Shown one piece after another: positions 47,517 through 56,492 of a DNA stretch of 64,000 nt. The translations under genes and the position numbers were made by a program. Positions within the stretch are counted from its first letter, which is position 1; every line of letters starts with the position of its first letter. The notes beneath the pieces were generated by a model. It saw nothing but the letters and a program-made list of their open reading frames with translations, searched no databases and was not told the origin of the DNA. This DNA comes from Candidatus Parcubacteria bacterium. Lineage in GTDB: Bacteria; Patescibacteriota; Minisyncoccia; UBA6257; 2-01-FULL-56-20. The stretch is from NCBI GenBank assembly GCA_027324805.1, contig DAHVRZ010000001.1:136254-200253 (forward strand). The letters are read 5' to 3'.

Positions 47517-49042
47517 ACGAACACGATTTGGAAAAAATAATCATGCGATCAAAGCCGGACGCGGAAAGCAGGCCGGAATTCGAAACGGACCTCCGCCGCC
47601 GCCTGCTTCTCGAACTTTCTTCCGTGAAGATACGCAAATCACAACCCATATTTTCAATGACACGCACTTTTCGAATCGTTCTTGGCGGACTTGCCGTTGC
47701 GGCGGTCGCCGCTGCGGTCATAGTTCCGTTCTTTATGCATCGTCAGGGTTCCGGCACGATCGCGCTCCTTGGCACCAGTACTTCCGTTACCCAGGTGGGG
47801 GATGATGCGTTCGGGCCTTTGAACGGACTCGGTACCATCGACACCGGTGGCAATGCCGGCGGTTCCGCCAAGGAAACCGCAACTTCACCGGCATCTTCGG
47901 CGCTGGCACCCGTGGCGGCGAGCCCCATGATGTCCGTGATGGCATCAGGTGCCGAGACTTCAGGATCCGCGGTGTCCGGTTCCGGAACTGCATCGCCCGC
48001 CATTATCGTCAGGCCCATGCCTCCTCTCCGGTTTCCCGCCGTGACATACGTATATAAAGGCGATCCGATCCACCAAGACCAGAGGAAACTCAATGTACTA
48101 AAGTCCATCCCTGTTGCCCTTTCCGCCGATCAGATCACTTCCGTGCTCGCGGGGCTCGGGGGGAACGCCATGAGCATCCCATCTTTCGACGGTGCCCTGG
48201 TCACCAATGTGACACTCTCGGAGAACTCGCATTTCGGGTATACGATCAATGCCGACCTTACGGCGGGAACCTTCTCAATTTATGAAAACTATTCCGAATG
48301 GCCCCAGGATAATGGCTCGCCGCTTACCGCAACAGAAGTGCCTGCGACGGACACCATCATTGGAATAGCCGACGCCTTCCTTGCGGATCACGGCATTTCC
48401 ACAAGCACATACGCCATACCCGAGCTGACGAGACAGATAGGAATCGTCGTTCCGATCGTACGCCCGATGGCCGGTGCGGCAGCGGCAACGAGCGGCAGTT
48501 CCGCCATCGCTTCGATGCCGATGATTCCTTACCGCCCTGACTCGGTCGAAGTACTGTATCCTCTTACCGTGAACGGCATGCGCGTGTATTCATCCTCCGG
48601 CGCCCAGATCGGTCTGCAGGTGACGGTCAATCTGCGGTATGGCAAGGTGTCCGCCGTTTCCGGCCTCGCCGTCACGCAGTACCAATCGTCTGCATATGAT
48701 GCGATCACGGATTCTTCCACGATCATTTCGCTCGCCGAACATCCGTCGGTCTATCCGATCATCTATAACGGAATCATGGGAGTTTCATCCGGCGCAACCG
48801 GCGCAACCGATATCAATCTCGGCACTCCGGCGCTCGCATACGAGGAGGTGTACCAGTCGGATGGGAAAGGAGGGAGCAGCGAGTTCTTTGTTCCAGCGTA
48901 CGTTTTTCCGGAAACCACCGGTCCCAATGCCGGTACCGGCAGCGTGATCGTGCCGCTCGTCGCGTCATTCGAGCAGAACAGCAATGGCGGGGGAGTGATG
49001 AAACCCATGCCCGTACCGCTCGAAGCGCCCGCAGTGAAATAG
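47513..49042 (+). CDS. Putative anti-sigma factor with large extracytoplasmic domain
   Basis: ATGA overlap with sigma gene; N-terminal P..RPEFETDLRRRL, single TM, S/T-rich outer domain. Confidence 0.65.
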   Translation: MNEHDLEKIIMRSKPDAESRPEFETDLRRRLLLELSSVKIRKSQPIFSMTRTFRIVLGGLAVAAVAAAVIVPFFMHRQGSGTIALLGTSTSVTQVGDDAFGPLNGLGTIDTGGNAGGSAKETATSPASSALAPVAASPMMSVMASGAETSGSAVSGSGTASPAIIVRPMPPLRFPAVTYVYKGDPIHQDQRKLNVLKSIPVALSADQITSVLAGLGGNAMSIPSFDGALVTNVTLSENSHFGYTINADLTAGTFSIYENYSEWPQDNGSPLTATEVPATDTIIGIADAFLADHGISTSTYAIPELTRQIGIVVPIVRPMAGAAAATSGSSAIASMPMIPYRPDSVEVLYPLTVNGMRVYSSSGAQIGLQVTVNLRYGKVSAVSGLAVTQYQSSAYDAITDSSTIISLAEHPSVYPIIYNGIMGVSSGATGATDINLGTPALAYEEVYQSDGKGGSSEFFVPAYVFPETTGPNAGTGSVIVPLVASFEQNSNGGGVMKPMPVPLEAPAVK

Positions 49043-49165
49043 GAGACGAGAGGATGGGCGAAATCGGAATTTCGCCGGAATCGGTTCGCTCGCCGAAAAT
49101 GAAAATATGTTTTCATTTTCTCCTCACTGCCGATTCCCGAACCTTCGGTTCGATCCTCTCGTTCC
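49042..49165. repeat. tRNA-Ser-linked palindromic element (four-way junction)
   Basis: GGAGACGAGAGGAT (49042-49055) is identical to 49213-49226 of the tRNA; inverted copy ATCCTCTCGTTCC at 49153-49165; three internal stems. Confidence 0.75.
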
Positions 49166-49170
49166 AACAG

Positions 49171-49208
49171 CTGCTAAAAAGGACACCCGAGGGTGTCCTT
49201 TTTAGCAG
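49171..49208. terminator. Bidirectional terminator
   Basis: CTGCTAAAAAGGACACCC-GA-GGGTGTCCTTTTTAGCAG perfect inverted repeat. Confidence 0.85.
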
Positions 49209-49211
49209 TAG

Positions 49212-49298
49212 CGGAGACGAGAGGATTCGAACCTCTGAGGGGATTGCTCCCCTAACTCCTTAGCACGGAGCCGCTTTCGACCGCTCAGCCACGTCTCC
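49212..49298 (-). tRNA. tRNA-Ser(GCT)
   Basis: Acceptor GGAGACG/CGTCTCC, GCTCC-GTGCTAA-GGAGT, long variable arm, AGAGG-TTCGAAT-CCTCT. Confidence 0.94.
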
Positions 49299-49424
49299 AA
49301 TTCTCACGGGTTTGAGTGTACCGCATCCGTGCGATAAATCAAATCGGCATGACCGCAATTGATATTGTTTTTTCTCTGATTTTCTGTTATAATGCGTTGG
49401 AGTTGTGAAAATCTCCTTATGCAT

Positions 49425-50912
49425 ATGACAAAAGCAACCCCGAAGAAAATTTCAGGAAAAATCGAGTCTGCACAGCGCCCTCCGATCGTCGTCGTGATGG
49501 GGCACGTCGACCACGGCAAGACGACGCTCCTCGACTATATCCGCAAGGCCAATATCGCCGCGCGGGAAGCGGGCGGCATTACCCAGGCGACGGCGGCGTA
49601 CGAGATCGTGCATGGCGGGAGGAAGATAACATTCATTGATACGCCCGGACACGAGGCGTTCACGGCGATGCGTTCGCGCGGGGCGCAAGCCGCCGACCTT
49701 GCGATCCTTGTCGTTGCGGCGGATGAGGGCGTAAAGCCGCAGACAAAGGAAGCGATCAAGATCATAGAGGAATCGAAGACGCCGTTTATCGTGGCGCTCA
49801 ACAAGATCGACAAGACGGGTGGCAACATCGACAAAGCCCGTAATGATCTTATGGCCGCGGGCGTTCTTCTTGAGGGCTATGGCGGCAATGTCAGCTATCA
49901 CGGCATTTCCGCAAAGACCGGCGAAGGTGTGGGTGAGCTGCTCGACCTCATACTCCTTGCGGCCGATCTCGAAAATCTCCGGTATGATCCTGCCGCGGGA
50001 GCGACGGGATTCGTACTCGAGGCGAAGCGCGATCCGAAGCGCGGCATTGAAGCGAGCGTGATCGTGAAGGATGGCATCCTTCACCGCGGCGATCTCATTG
50101 CGACAAAAACCGCTCACGGCAAAGTGAAGATATTGGAGAATTTCCTTGGCAGAATAGCACAAGATCTCGAGCCTTCGTCCCCCGCCATCGTCATTGGTTT
50201 TGAGACCATCCCGAATGTGGGAGAGGAATTTACGGCAGGTGATGCCACAAAAGCGCCCGCCGTGAACGGTGAGGATTCCATCGGCGCATCGCCCGTCCGT
50301 CGTTTTGCCAAGCCAAAAGCGAACGCCCTCAATCTTATTCTCAAGGCCGGCGACGCCGGTTCCCTTGAAGCGCTTTCGACCGTGCTCCACGGCGTTGACC
50401 GGAAGGGAGGCAAAGAGCTGAATCTCATCGAGGGAAGCGTCGGCGACATCACGGACGGCGACGTTCGCCATGCGCAGGCCACCCAGGCCGCGATCATCGG
50501 CTTCAAAAATCGCGTCGAAAAGGGAGCGAAAGTGCTCGCGGATGCGCAAGAGATCACCGTGATCACGTCCGATATCGTTTATGATCTTGCGGATGCCGTC
50601 GAAGAGTTCTTTACGGGAACGCGGGGTCCCGCGGCGGCGGGCGAACTCGAGGTGCTTGCGCTTTTCAACCAGGAAAAACTGGAGAAGCAGCTTGTCGGCG
50701 GTCGCGTAGGGAACGGAACATTCCGCGGAAAGGCGTCGTTCGATATCGTGCGGGGACCGCTCGGCACCGCACCCCTCGGACAAGGGAAGGTGATCGGTTT
50801 ACGCGAGAGGAAGGATGAGATAACAAGCGCGGAAGCGGGCAGAGAGATCGGCGCGCTCATCGACGCGCCGGTTGCGGTGCAGGTCGGCGACCATCTTGTG
50901 ATCAGGAAATGA
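49425..50912 (+). CDS. infB: Translation initiation factor IF-2 (short, lacks N-terminal domains)
   Basis: [39 protein letters not shown]. Confidence 0.95.
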   Translation: MTKATPKKISGKIESAQRPPIVVVMGHVDHGKTTLLDYIRKANIAAREAGGITQATAAYEIVHGGRKITFIDTPGHEAFTAMRSRGAQAADLAILVVAADEGVKPQTKEAIKIIEESKTPFIVALNKIDKTGGNIDKARNDLMAAGVLLEGYGGNVSYHGISAKTGEGVGELLDLILLAADLENLRYDPAAGATGFVLEAKRDPKRGIEASVIVKDGILHRGDLIATKTAHGKVKILENFLGRIAQDLEPSSPAIVIGFETIPNVGEEFTAGDATKAPAVNGEDSIGASPVRRFAKPKANALNLILKAGDAGSLEALSTVLHGVDRKGGKELNLIEGSVGDITDGDVRHAQATQAAIIGFKNRVEKGAKVLADAQEITVITSDIVYDLADAVEEFFTGTRGPAAAGELEVLALFNQEKLEKQLVGGRVGNGTFRGKASFDIVRGPLGTAPLGQGKVIGLRERKDEITSAEAGREIGALIDAPVAVQVGDHLVIRK

Positions 50913-51250
50913 AATTTTATCGTTCCGAGCGGGTAGAGAGCCTCATCCAGCGGGAGCTTGGCATCATTATCACGCGCGAGATCGAATTCGACGGTGCGCT
51001 TGTCACGATCATGTCGGTCGAGGCGGACCGGAAACTTGAGCATGCGGAGATTCGCGTGAGCGTGGTCCCTGCCGAAAAGGCTCCTGCCGCAATGAAGATG
51101 CTTGAGCGTGATGCGGGTAAGCTTCAGCATCTTCTCATGAAGAAGATCAATATAAAGCCCATGCCCCGTATCTCGTTCGCATTTGACCATGGCACCGAGA
51201 ATGCCTCGCGCGTCGAGAAGGCCTTCCTCGACGAAGATATGGGGAAATAG
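50909..51250 (+). CDS. rbfA: Ribosome-binding factor A
   Basis: RSERVESLIQREL, MPRISF..D; overlaps infB stop. Confidence 0.9.
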   Translation: MKFYRSERVESLIQRELGIIITREIEFDGALVTIMSVEADRKLEHAEIRVSVVPAEKAPAAMKMLERDAGKLQHLLMKKINIKPMPRISFAFDHGTENASRVEKAFLDEDMGK

Positions 51251-51271
51251 TACACTCATAAGACAAGTTCC

Positions 51272-51343
51272 GGCCACGTGGCGAAGCAGTAACGCAGCGG
51301 TCTGCAAAACCGCGATGCACGGGTGCAAATCCCGTCGTGGCCT
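51272..51343 (+). tRNA. tRNA-Cys(GCA)
   Basis: Acceptor GGCCACG/CGTGGCC, U73, GCGGT-CTGCAAA-ACCGC, T arm ACGGG-TGCAAAT-CCCGT (G55). Confidence 0.92.
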
Positions 51344-51363
51344 CAAACACGGATGACGAATAT

Positions 51364-51448
51364 GCCCGGGTGGCGAAATTGGTCAGACGCAGGGGACTTA
51401 AAATCCCCGGCCCGCAAGGGCATGTCGGTTCGACTCCGACCCTGGGCA
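51364..51448 (+). tRNA. tRNA-Leu(TAA)
   Basis: Acceptor GCCCGGG/CCTGGGC, GGGGA-CTTAAAA-TCCCC, variable arm GCCC-GCAA-GGGC, GTCGG-TTCGACT-CCGAC. Confidence 0.95.
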
Positions 51449-51471
51449 CCGCGATCGACGATAAAGGAGCT

Positions 51472-53772
51472 CTAGCGAGCCCCCTTATTTTTTCCCGTCT
51501 TCTTGCCGCCCTCCTTTTTCTTTTTATCGCCTGGCGGATTTTCGAGCCAGTTCTTGTATGCCGCCTGCAGTTCATCCTCCGATTCCGGTTTTTTGTTCAT
51601 GACGAATGTGCAATCAGGGTAGCGCGTGCAGGCATAGAACGGTTTGCCGCGCCCGCGCGATTTTTTCATGACGATATCGCCGGGTTTTTCGCGGCGATCG
51701 TCGGAAGCGAGGCATGACGGGCATTTGAAACCGGTCTTGTCCCATATCTTTGCGACGCCCTTGCATTTTGGATAGTCCACGCAGCCAAGGAAGAATCCGA
51801 AGCGGCCACGGCGGACCTTCATGGGTTTTCCGCAGACGGGGCAGCGCTCGTCTTTCGTTTTTTCCTCGAGTTCGCGAATTTGCGCCGCTTCTTCCGGCAT
51901 CGGGAGCGTCACTTTGACGCCCGGTTCCGGGCAAGCGAGGAATTTGCCCATACGTCCGAATTTTATGATCATCGGTTTTCCGCAGTGCGGGCACGGGGTA
52001 TCGGAAATCTCCACCTGCTTTTCGACCGTTGCTTCCTTCTCCTCGAGGTCTTTTTTGAAAGGTACATAGAATTCGCGGCAGACGTCGGTCCATTTCATCT
52101 TTCCCTCGGCGACCTCGTCGAATTCCTCCTCGATCTTCGATGTGAATTTTATGTCGACGATCTCCGGGAAATTTTCCACAAGAAGGTCGTTCACCAGGAT
52201 GCCTATTTCGGTCGGCTGATATTTCTTATCCGTCTTTTCCACGTACCCGCGCTCCTGGATCGTTGAAAGCGTAGGAGCATATGTGGATGGGCGGCCGACT
52301 CCTTCCGCTTCGAGCGCCTTTACGAGCGTGGCGTCCGTGTAGCGGGCCGGCGGTTCGGTGAAGTGCTGGATCGGCAGAGGATTACCGGCGGTGCCTTCTT
52401 TCGCTTCCGCAAGTTCGAGCGACAGCCCTTTTTCGATCTTCGGGAGCGTACCTTCGATCTCGCCGTTCGCATCATCATCTTTCCCTTCGGTGTATACGCG
52501 GATAAAGCCATCGAATACGACCGTCTGCCCGTTCGCACGGAATATTTCGCCGCCCGGGGTGTTTGCTGCGATGTCCGCGGACGTCTGCTCAAGCAGTGCC
52601 TCTTTCATTTGCGAAGCGATCGTCCGTTTCCAAATAAGATCGTACAGGCGCGCTTCGCCGCGGTCCTTGAGGGAGAAATTCTCCCCGACAATCGCGCCGA
52701 GATTTGTCGGACGGATCGCCTCGTGCGCCTCCTGGGCACCCTTGCTGCGGTTCGCGTAATAGCGGGGAGATTCGAGTCGATATTGCTCGCCGAATTCGGT
52801 GCCGATGACGTCGTGTGCCGCTGCAAGCGCCGCCTGTGCAAGGTTCACGCTGTCGGTACGCATATATGTTATATGACCGTTCTCATAAAGGTGTTGGGCG
52901 ACCACCATGGTCTGTTTTGCGCTGAAGCCAAGCTTGCGTGCCGCCTCCTGCTGGAGCGTGGAGGTTGTGAACGGCGGCGCCGGCGTGCGATGCACCTCTT
53001 TTGTGGAAATTTCCGCGACGGAATACGATGCGCCCTTGAGTCGTTCGAGGAGCGCGCTGGCTTCCGCCTCACTCCTAATCCCCATTTTACCGAGCGCTTT
53101 TCCATTTACGGAATGAAGATATGCAGGGAAGGCTCCCTTGGTTTTCGGGATATGGAAATCGGCTTCGATACTCCAGTATTCCTCTTTGCTGAAAGCCTGG
53201 ATCAACCGCTCGCGCTCGACGACGAGCCTTACTGCGACGCTCTGTACGCGCCCGGCGGAGAGTCCGTAGCGGATCTTGCGCCAGAGGAACGGGGAGAGCT
53301 CGTAACCTACAAGGCGGTCAAGCACGCGCCGCGCCTGCTGGGCGTCCACAAGATTCAGGTCGAGGGTGCGCGGATGCTCGAGCGCCTCGAGGATTGCGCT
53401 CTTTGTGATCTCGTGGAACGCAATACGTTCGTATGGCTTTGCCGCAACCTTCTTTTTTTTGCCCGCAACGACGCCGTCGAGCTCAAGTGCGCTCACAAGA
53501 TGCCACGCGATCGCTTCTCCTTCACGGTCCTCGTCAGTGGCGAGAATGACGCGATCCGCCTTTTGTGCGAGTTTTTTTAGATTGGCGACCACCAACTCAG
53601 CCTTTTTCGGGATCATATACTGAGGCGTGAAATCGTGCGCCACATCGATGCCGATTTTGCTTTTCGGCAGGTCGCGAATATGGCCGTATGACGATTCGAC
53701 GGCGAATTCCTTGCCGACGAATTTACCGATGGTTTTTGCTTTTGTAGGGGATTCTACGATGATGAGGTCCAT
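51472..53772 (-). CDS. topA: DNA topoisomerase I
   Basis: IVESPTKAKTI, ATDEDREGE, SAGRVQS, ITYMRTDS, C-terminal zinc ribbons. Confidence 0.97.
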   Translation of the reverse strand: MDLIIVESPTKAKTIGKFVGKEFAVESSYGHIRDLPKSKIGIDVAHDFTPQYMIPKKAELVVANLKKLAQKADRVILATDEDREGEAIAWHLVSALELDGVVAGKKKKVAAKPYERIAFHEITKSAILEALEHPRTLDLNLVDAQQARRVLDRLVGYELSPFLWRKIRYGLSAGRVQSVAVRLVVERERLIQAFSKEEYWSIEADFHIPKTKGAFPAYLHSVNGKALGKMGIRSEAEASALLERLKGASYSVAEISTKEVHRTPAPPFTTSTLQQEAARKLGFSAKQTMVVAQHLYENGHITYMRTDSVNLAQAALAAAHDVIGTEFGEQYRLESPRYYANRSKGAQEAHEAIRPTNLGAIVGENFSLKDRGEARLYDLIWKRTIASQMKEALLEQTSADIAANTPGGEIFRANGQTVVFDGFIRVYTEGKDDDANGEIEGTLPKIEKGLSLELAEAKEGTAGNPLPIQHFTEPPARYTDATLVKALEAEGVGRPSTYAPTLSTIQERGYVEKTDKKYQPTEIGILVNDLLVENFPEIVDIKFTSKIEEEFDEVAEGKMKWTDVCREFYVPFKKDLEEKEATVEKQVEISDTPCPHCGKPMIIKFGRMGKFLACPEPGVKVTLPMPEEAAQIRELEEKTKDERCPVCGKPMKVRRGRFGFFLGCVDYPKCKGVAKIWDKTGFKCPSCLASDDRREKPGDIVMKKSRGRGKPFYACTRYPDCTFVMNKKPESEDELQAAYKNWLENPPGDKKKKEGGKKTGKNKGAR

Positions 53773-53778
53773 AGTCCT

Positions 53779-54927
53779 TCACTCGTTGTTCATTGCGAAA
53801 CCGTCCGCATTCTCTTTCACGATATTTTTAATAATAAGGAATGCGAGGGTCTGGTTGACGATTCGGGGTTCAAGTTTAGCCATCGCGGAAATTTTGTCAA
53901 CATCGGCCGCCGCCGCGCCGCCGCTTTCCATGCAGGCAATCGCTTCGAGAACGAGGTTTTCTTCGGGGGTAAGGGCACCGCGCACCGCCGTATGCCCTGT
54001 GTATCCATCCGATGTTCCGTGAGGGTTCTTTATTACCATACCATAAGTTTCGAAGATATCCTCGGGCGATGCCACGAGTTCTGCTCCTTGGCGTATGAGG
54101 CGGTTCGATCCGCGGTAGTTTTTCTGAGATACGTTCCCCGGAAGGACGAACACGTCACGATTCTGTTCAAAAGCGAAGCGTGCGGTCGAAAGGGCGCCCG
54201 ATCCTTCCGGGGCCTCGATGACCAATATACCGCGCGATAGTCCGCTCACCAGGCGGTTTCGTTCGATGAAGCGGCGGGCGAAGGGAGGTTCGTGGAAGGG
54301 ATATTCCGAGACAAGCACTCCGTCTGCTGCGAGGATCTTTCGGGCAAGATATTCATGATTCCGCGGATGGACCGTGGCGAGTCCTCCCGCAAGCACGGCG
54401 ATCGCGGAGCCGCCGTGCGTGGCGAGACATCCTTCATGCCCCGCACCGTCGATGCCGAACGCAAGTCCGCTCGCTATCGCAAATCCCGCCGAAGAGAGTG
54501 CGGCGCCGAAGCGACGCGCGATGACTTTTCCTTCTTGTGTTGCCTGGCGCGTGCCGACGATCGCGATCGTGCGGGCGCTTCCGTCCGCTCCTCCCGTGCG
54601 CATTGGGAAGTTTCCTTTGATATAAATGGCGTTCGGAGGATGGGGTATCTCGCGGAGCGATCTTGGGAAGAGCGGGTCCGTGGCGAGCAGAATCCGTATT
54701 CCCGCCTTCTCCAATTCACTGGCGGAGCGTTCCGGGTCTGGAATGCGAGATGGGGGAGCCCCTTTCCCATATAGGGGAAGACCCACCCCTTCATTCCGTA
54801 TCCGTTCCGCGACCATCGCATATGTCTCCGCCCAGTTTTGGGAGTCCTGTCTTGCCTTATTGATGGCGCGTCGGTCTCCCAGGAGCGTGATCGCGACCGC
54901 ATTATAGAAAAAACACTCCTCGTTCAT
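53779..54927 (-). CDS. dprA: DNA-processing protein DprA
   Basis: AIVGTR, SGLAFGIDGAGH, FIERNRLVSGLS, SGALSTA, GSNRLIRQGA. Confidence 0.94.
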   Translation of the reverse strand: MNEECFFYNAVAITLLGDRRAINKARQDSQNWAETYAMVAERIRNEGVGLPLYGKGAPPSRIPDPERSASELEKAGIRILLATDPLFPRSLREIPHPPNAIYIKGNFPMRTGGADGSARTIAIVGTRQATQEGKVIARRFGAALSSAGFAIASGLAFGIDGAGHEGCLATHGGSAIAVLAGGLATVHPRNHEYLARKILAADGVLVSEYPFHEPPFARRFIERNRLVSGLSRGILVIEAPEGSGALSTARFAFEQNRDVFVLPGNVSQKNYRGSNRLIRQGAELVASPEDIFETYGMVIKNPHGTSDGYTGHTAVRGALTPEENLVLEAIACMESGGAAAADVDKISAMAKLEPRIVNQTLAFLIIKNIVKENADGFAMNNE

Positions 54928-55058
54928 GATGGATATAGTGCATGTTCACTATATGCTCAGCCACCGCTTTTGAAATATATTCTTCGGCTTTTCTTTATCA
55001 TCCTTCGGGACATTTGGCGTCGTTTGGAACTTTATCTTATAATAAGTAGAAGAAAGAA

Positions 55059-55595
55059 ATGACCACCCACGACGGTTATAATGGACGCCTTTGGTTGGGG
55101 GTAGCGATACTGTTCGTAAGCGTCGTTGCCGCTGTCATCGCGTTCTTCTATTTTTCCGGTGCCATCGGCGCGCAGGCCGACCAGATCGCCATCGCAAAAC
55201 TGAAAGCGAGCAACGATGCAAATGCCCTCGCCAATCTCGCGTCCCTCGAAGGTGCTGCTCCGCAGGCAGCCCAGTATGACGCGGCCATTCATCAGTTGAT
55301 TCCCGACCAATCCGGACTTATCGCCTTCAATACGTGGATGGGTCAGGTCGCGTCACAATATCAGGTAAATGCATCGGTGGCATTCACCGGTGATCCGACG
55401 CCTTCAGTAGGGAGTACGCCCGGGAGCGTCACTTTCAATATGACCGCACAGGGCCCTGCGGGGAGCATCATTCCATTTCTCGATTATCTTACGACGCGCG
55501 CGCCCGGATTCATTGTTTCATTTACATCAATCGATTTCACGAATACCCAGACGCAAGAATCCTTTACGGCCCAAGGCGTGACATATTTCAGATAA
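55059..55595 (+). CDS. PilO-like pilus alignment protein
   Basis: One TM, coiled coil, LIP motif, ferredoxin-like C-terminus (FNMTAQG....IPFLDYL). Confidence 0.6.
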   Translation: MTTHDGYNGRLWLGVAILFVSVVAAVIAFFYFSGAIGAQADQIAIAKLKASNDANALANLASLEGAAPQAAQYDAAIHQLIPDQSGLIAFNTWMGQVASQYQVNASVAFTGDPTPSVGSTPGSVTFNMTAQGPAGSIIPFLDYLTTRAPGFIVSFTSIDFTNTQTQESFTAQGVTYFR

Positions 55596-55606
55596 TCTTT
55601 TTCATC

Positions 55607-55948
55607 ATGAAGACGTTCTTTAAATCCCATATGGAAACGATGCTGGTGCTGTGTGCGATCATTTTCATTATTGCGATCCTTTGGTTCCTTTTTGCAACAA
55701 TACAGACCGTAGTCAGTCAGGTGGATCGTGCGGTCATAACGCCAACCCCATCCCCCCAGCAGGGGTTCGATCTTAAGAGTGCTCAACGCATTGATTTTCG
55801 GGGCATCGTCATTTCCTCCTCATCCGCAACATCGACCCCCCCCGGAGGTGCCTCCGTCAATTCTCCGGCGATACCTCAATCGTTGATTTTGGCTTCCACA
55901 ACGCCATCCTCGTCCGTCCGGACGGTCACATCTTCCTCCACCAAATAG
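55607..55948 (+). CDS. Hypothetical membrane-anchored protein with S/T/P tail
   Basis: One TM, GFDL motif, low-complexity tail; 11 nt after the pilO-like gene. Confidence 0.6.
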   Translation: MKTFFKSHMETMLVLCAIIFIIAILWFLFATIQTVVSQVDRAVITPTPSPQQGFDLKSAQRIDFRGIVISSSSATSTPPGGASVNSPAIPQSLILASTTPSSSVRTVTSSSTK

Positions 55949-55979
55949 ATTCCGTCGGATATTGGTGTATCATGTCAAC

Positions 55980-56477
55980 ATGAAGCTCTCCGAGGCCAAT
56001 TATCGGACGCTGTTCAAGGCGACCGTCATCATAAAGGGATTGATCGCTATCGGCGAGGTTGCATTGGGTTTTCTTTTTGCCTTTTTGAGCTATGACGTGC
56101 TTTTCCGTTTTGCCGCAGCGCTTACGGGGGACGAGCTCATGGAACATCCGCAGGATCTTTTATGGGGAATCGTCGCTACCGCCTTCCGATCGTTCACTTC
56201 CACGCCCCGATCGGTGTGGGCGTTTATTTTCCTCTCGCACGGCGTTGTAAAGCTCATACTTATCGCGGCGCTTCTCTATAACAAAGAATGGGCATTTCCG
56301 TGGTCGGCGACGATATTCACCGGATTTATTGCGTATCAGATATGGCAGATGGTATTCACGCCGTCCTGGGCGCTCGCGTTTATCACGGTACTCGACGCTA
56401 TCGTGGTCATACTTATACTTCACGAGTACCGATTACACAAAAGACGGCGCCGTGAGGCAGCCGCCATTGTGCTCTGA
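55980..56477 (+). CDS. DUF2127-like membrane protein
   Basis: IIKGLIAIGE..G, EL.E.PQD, FLSHGVVK, WAFP, HEY. Confidence 0.78.
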   Translation: MKLSEANYRTLFKATVIIKGLIAIGEVALGFLFAFLSYDVLFRFAAALTGDELMEHPQDLLWGIVATAFRSFTSTPRSVWAFIFLSHGVVKLILIAALLYNKEWAFPWSATIFTGFIAYQIWQMVFTPSWALAFITVLDAIVVILILHEYRLHKRRRREAAAIVL

Positions 56478-56492
56478 TACCGATTTTTTTCT

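Noticed and set aside
44792-49298. Genomic island integrated at tRNA-Ser
   Set aside because: No integrase, and the tRNA-end direct repeat encloses only ~160 bp, not the ECF/TrmB genes.
21400-51448. None of the six tRNA genes encodes a full 3' CCA
   Set aside because: Common in bacteria that have a CCA-adding enzyme; not evidence of pseudogenes.
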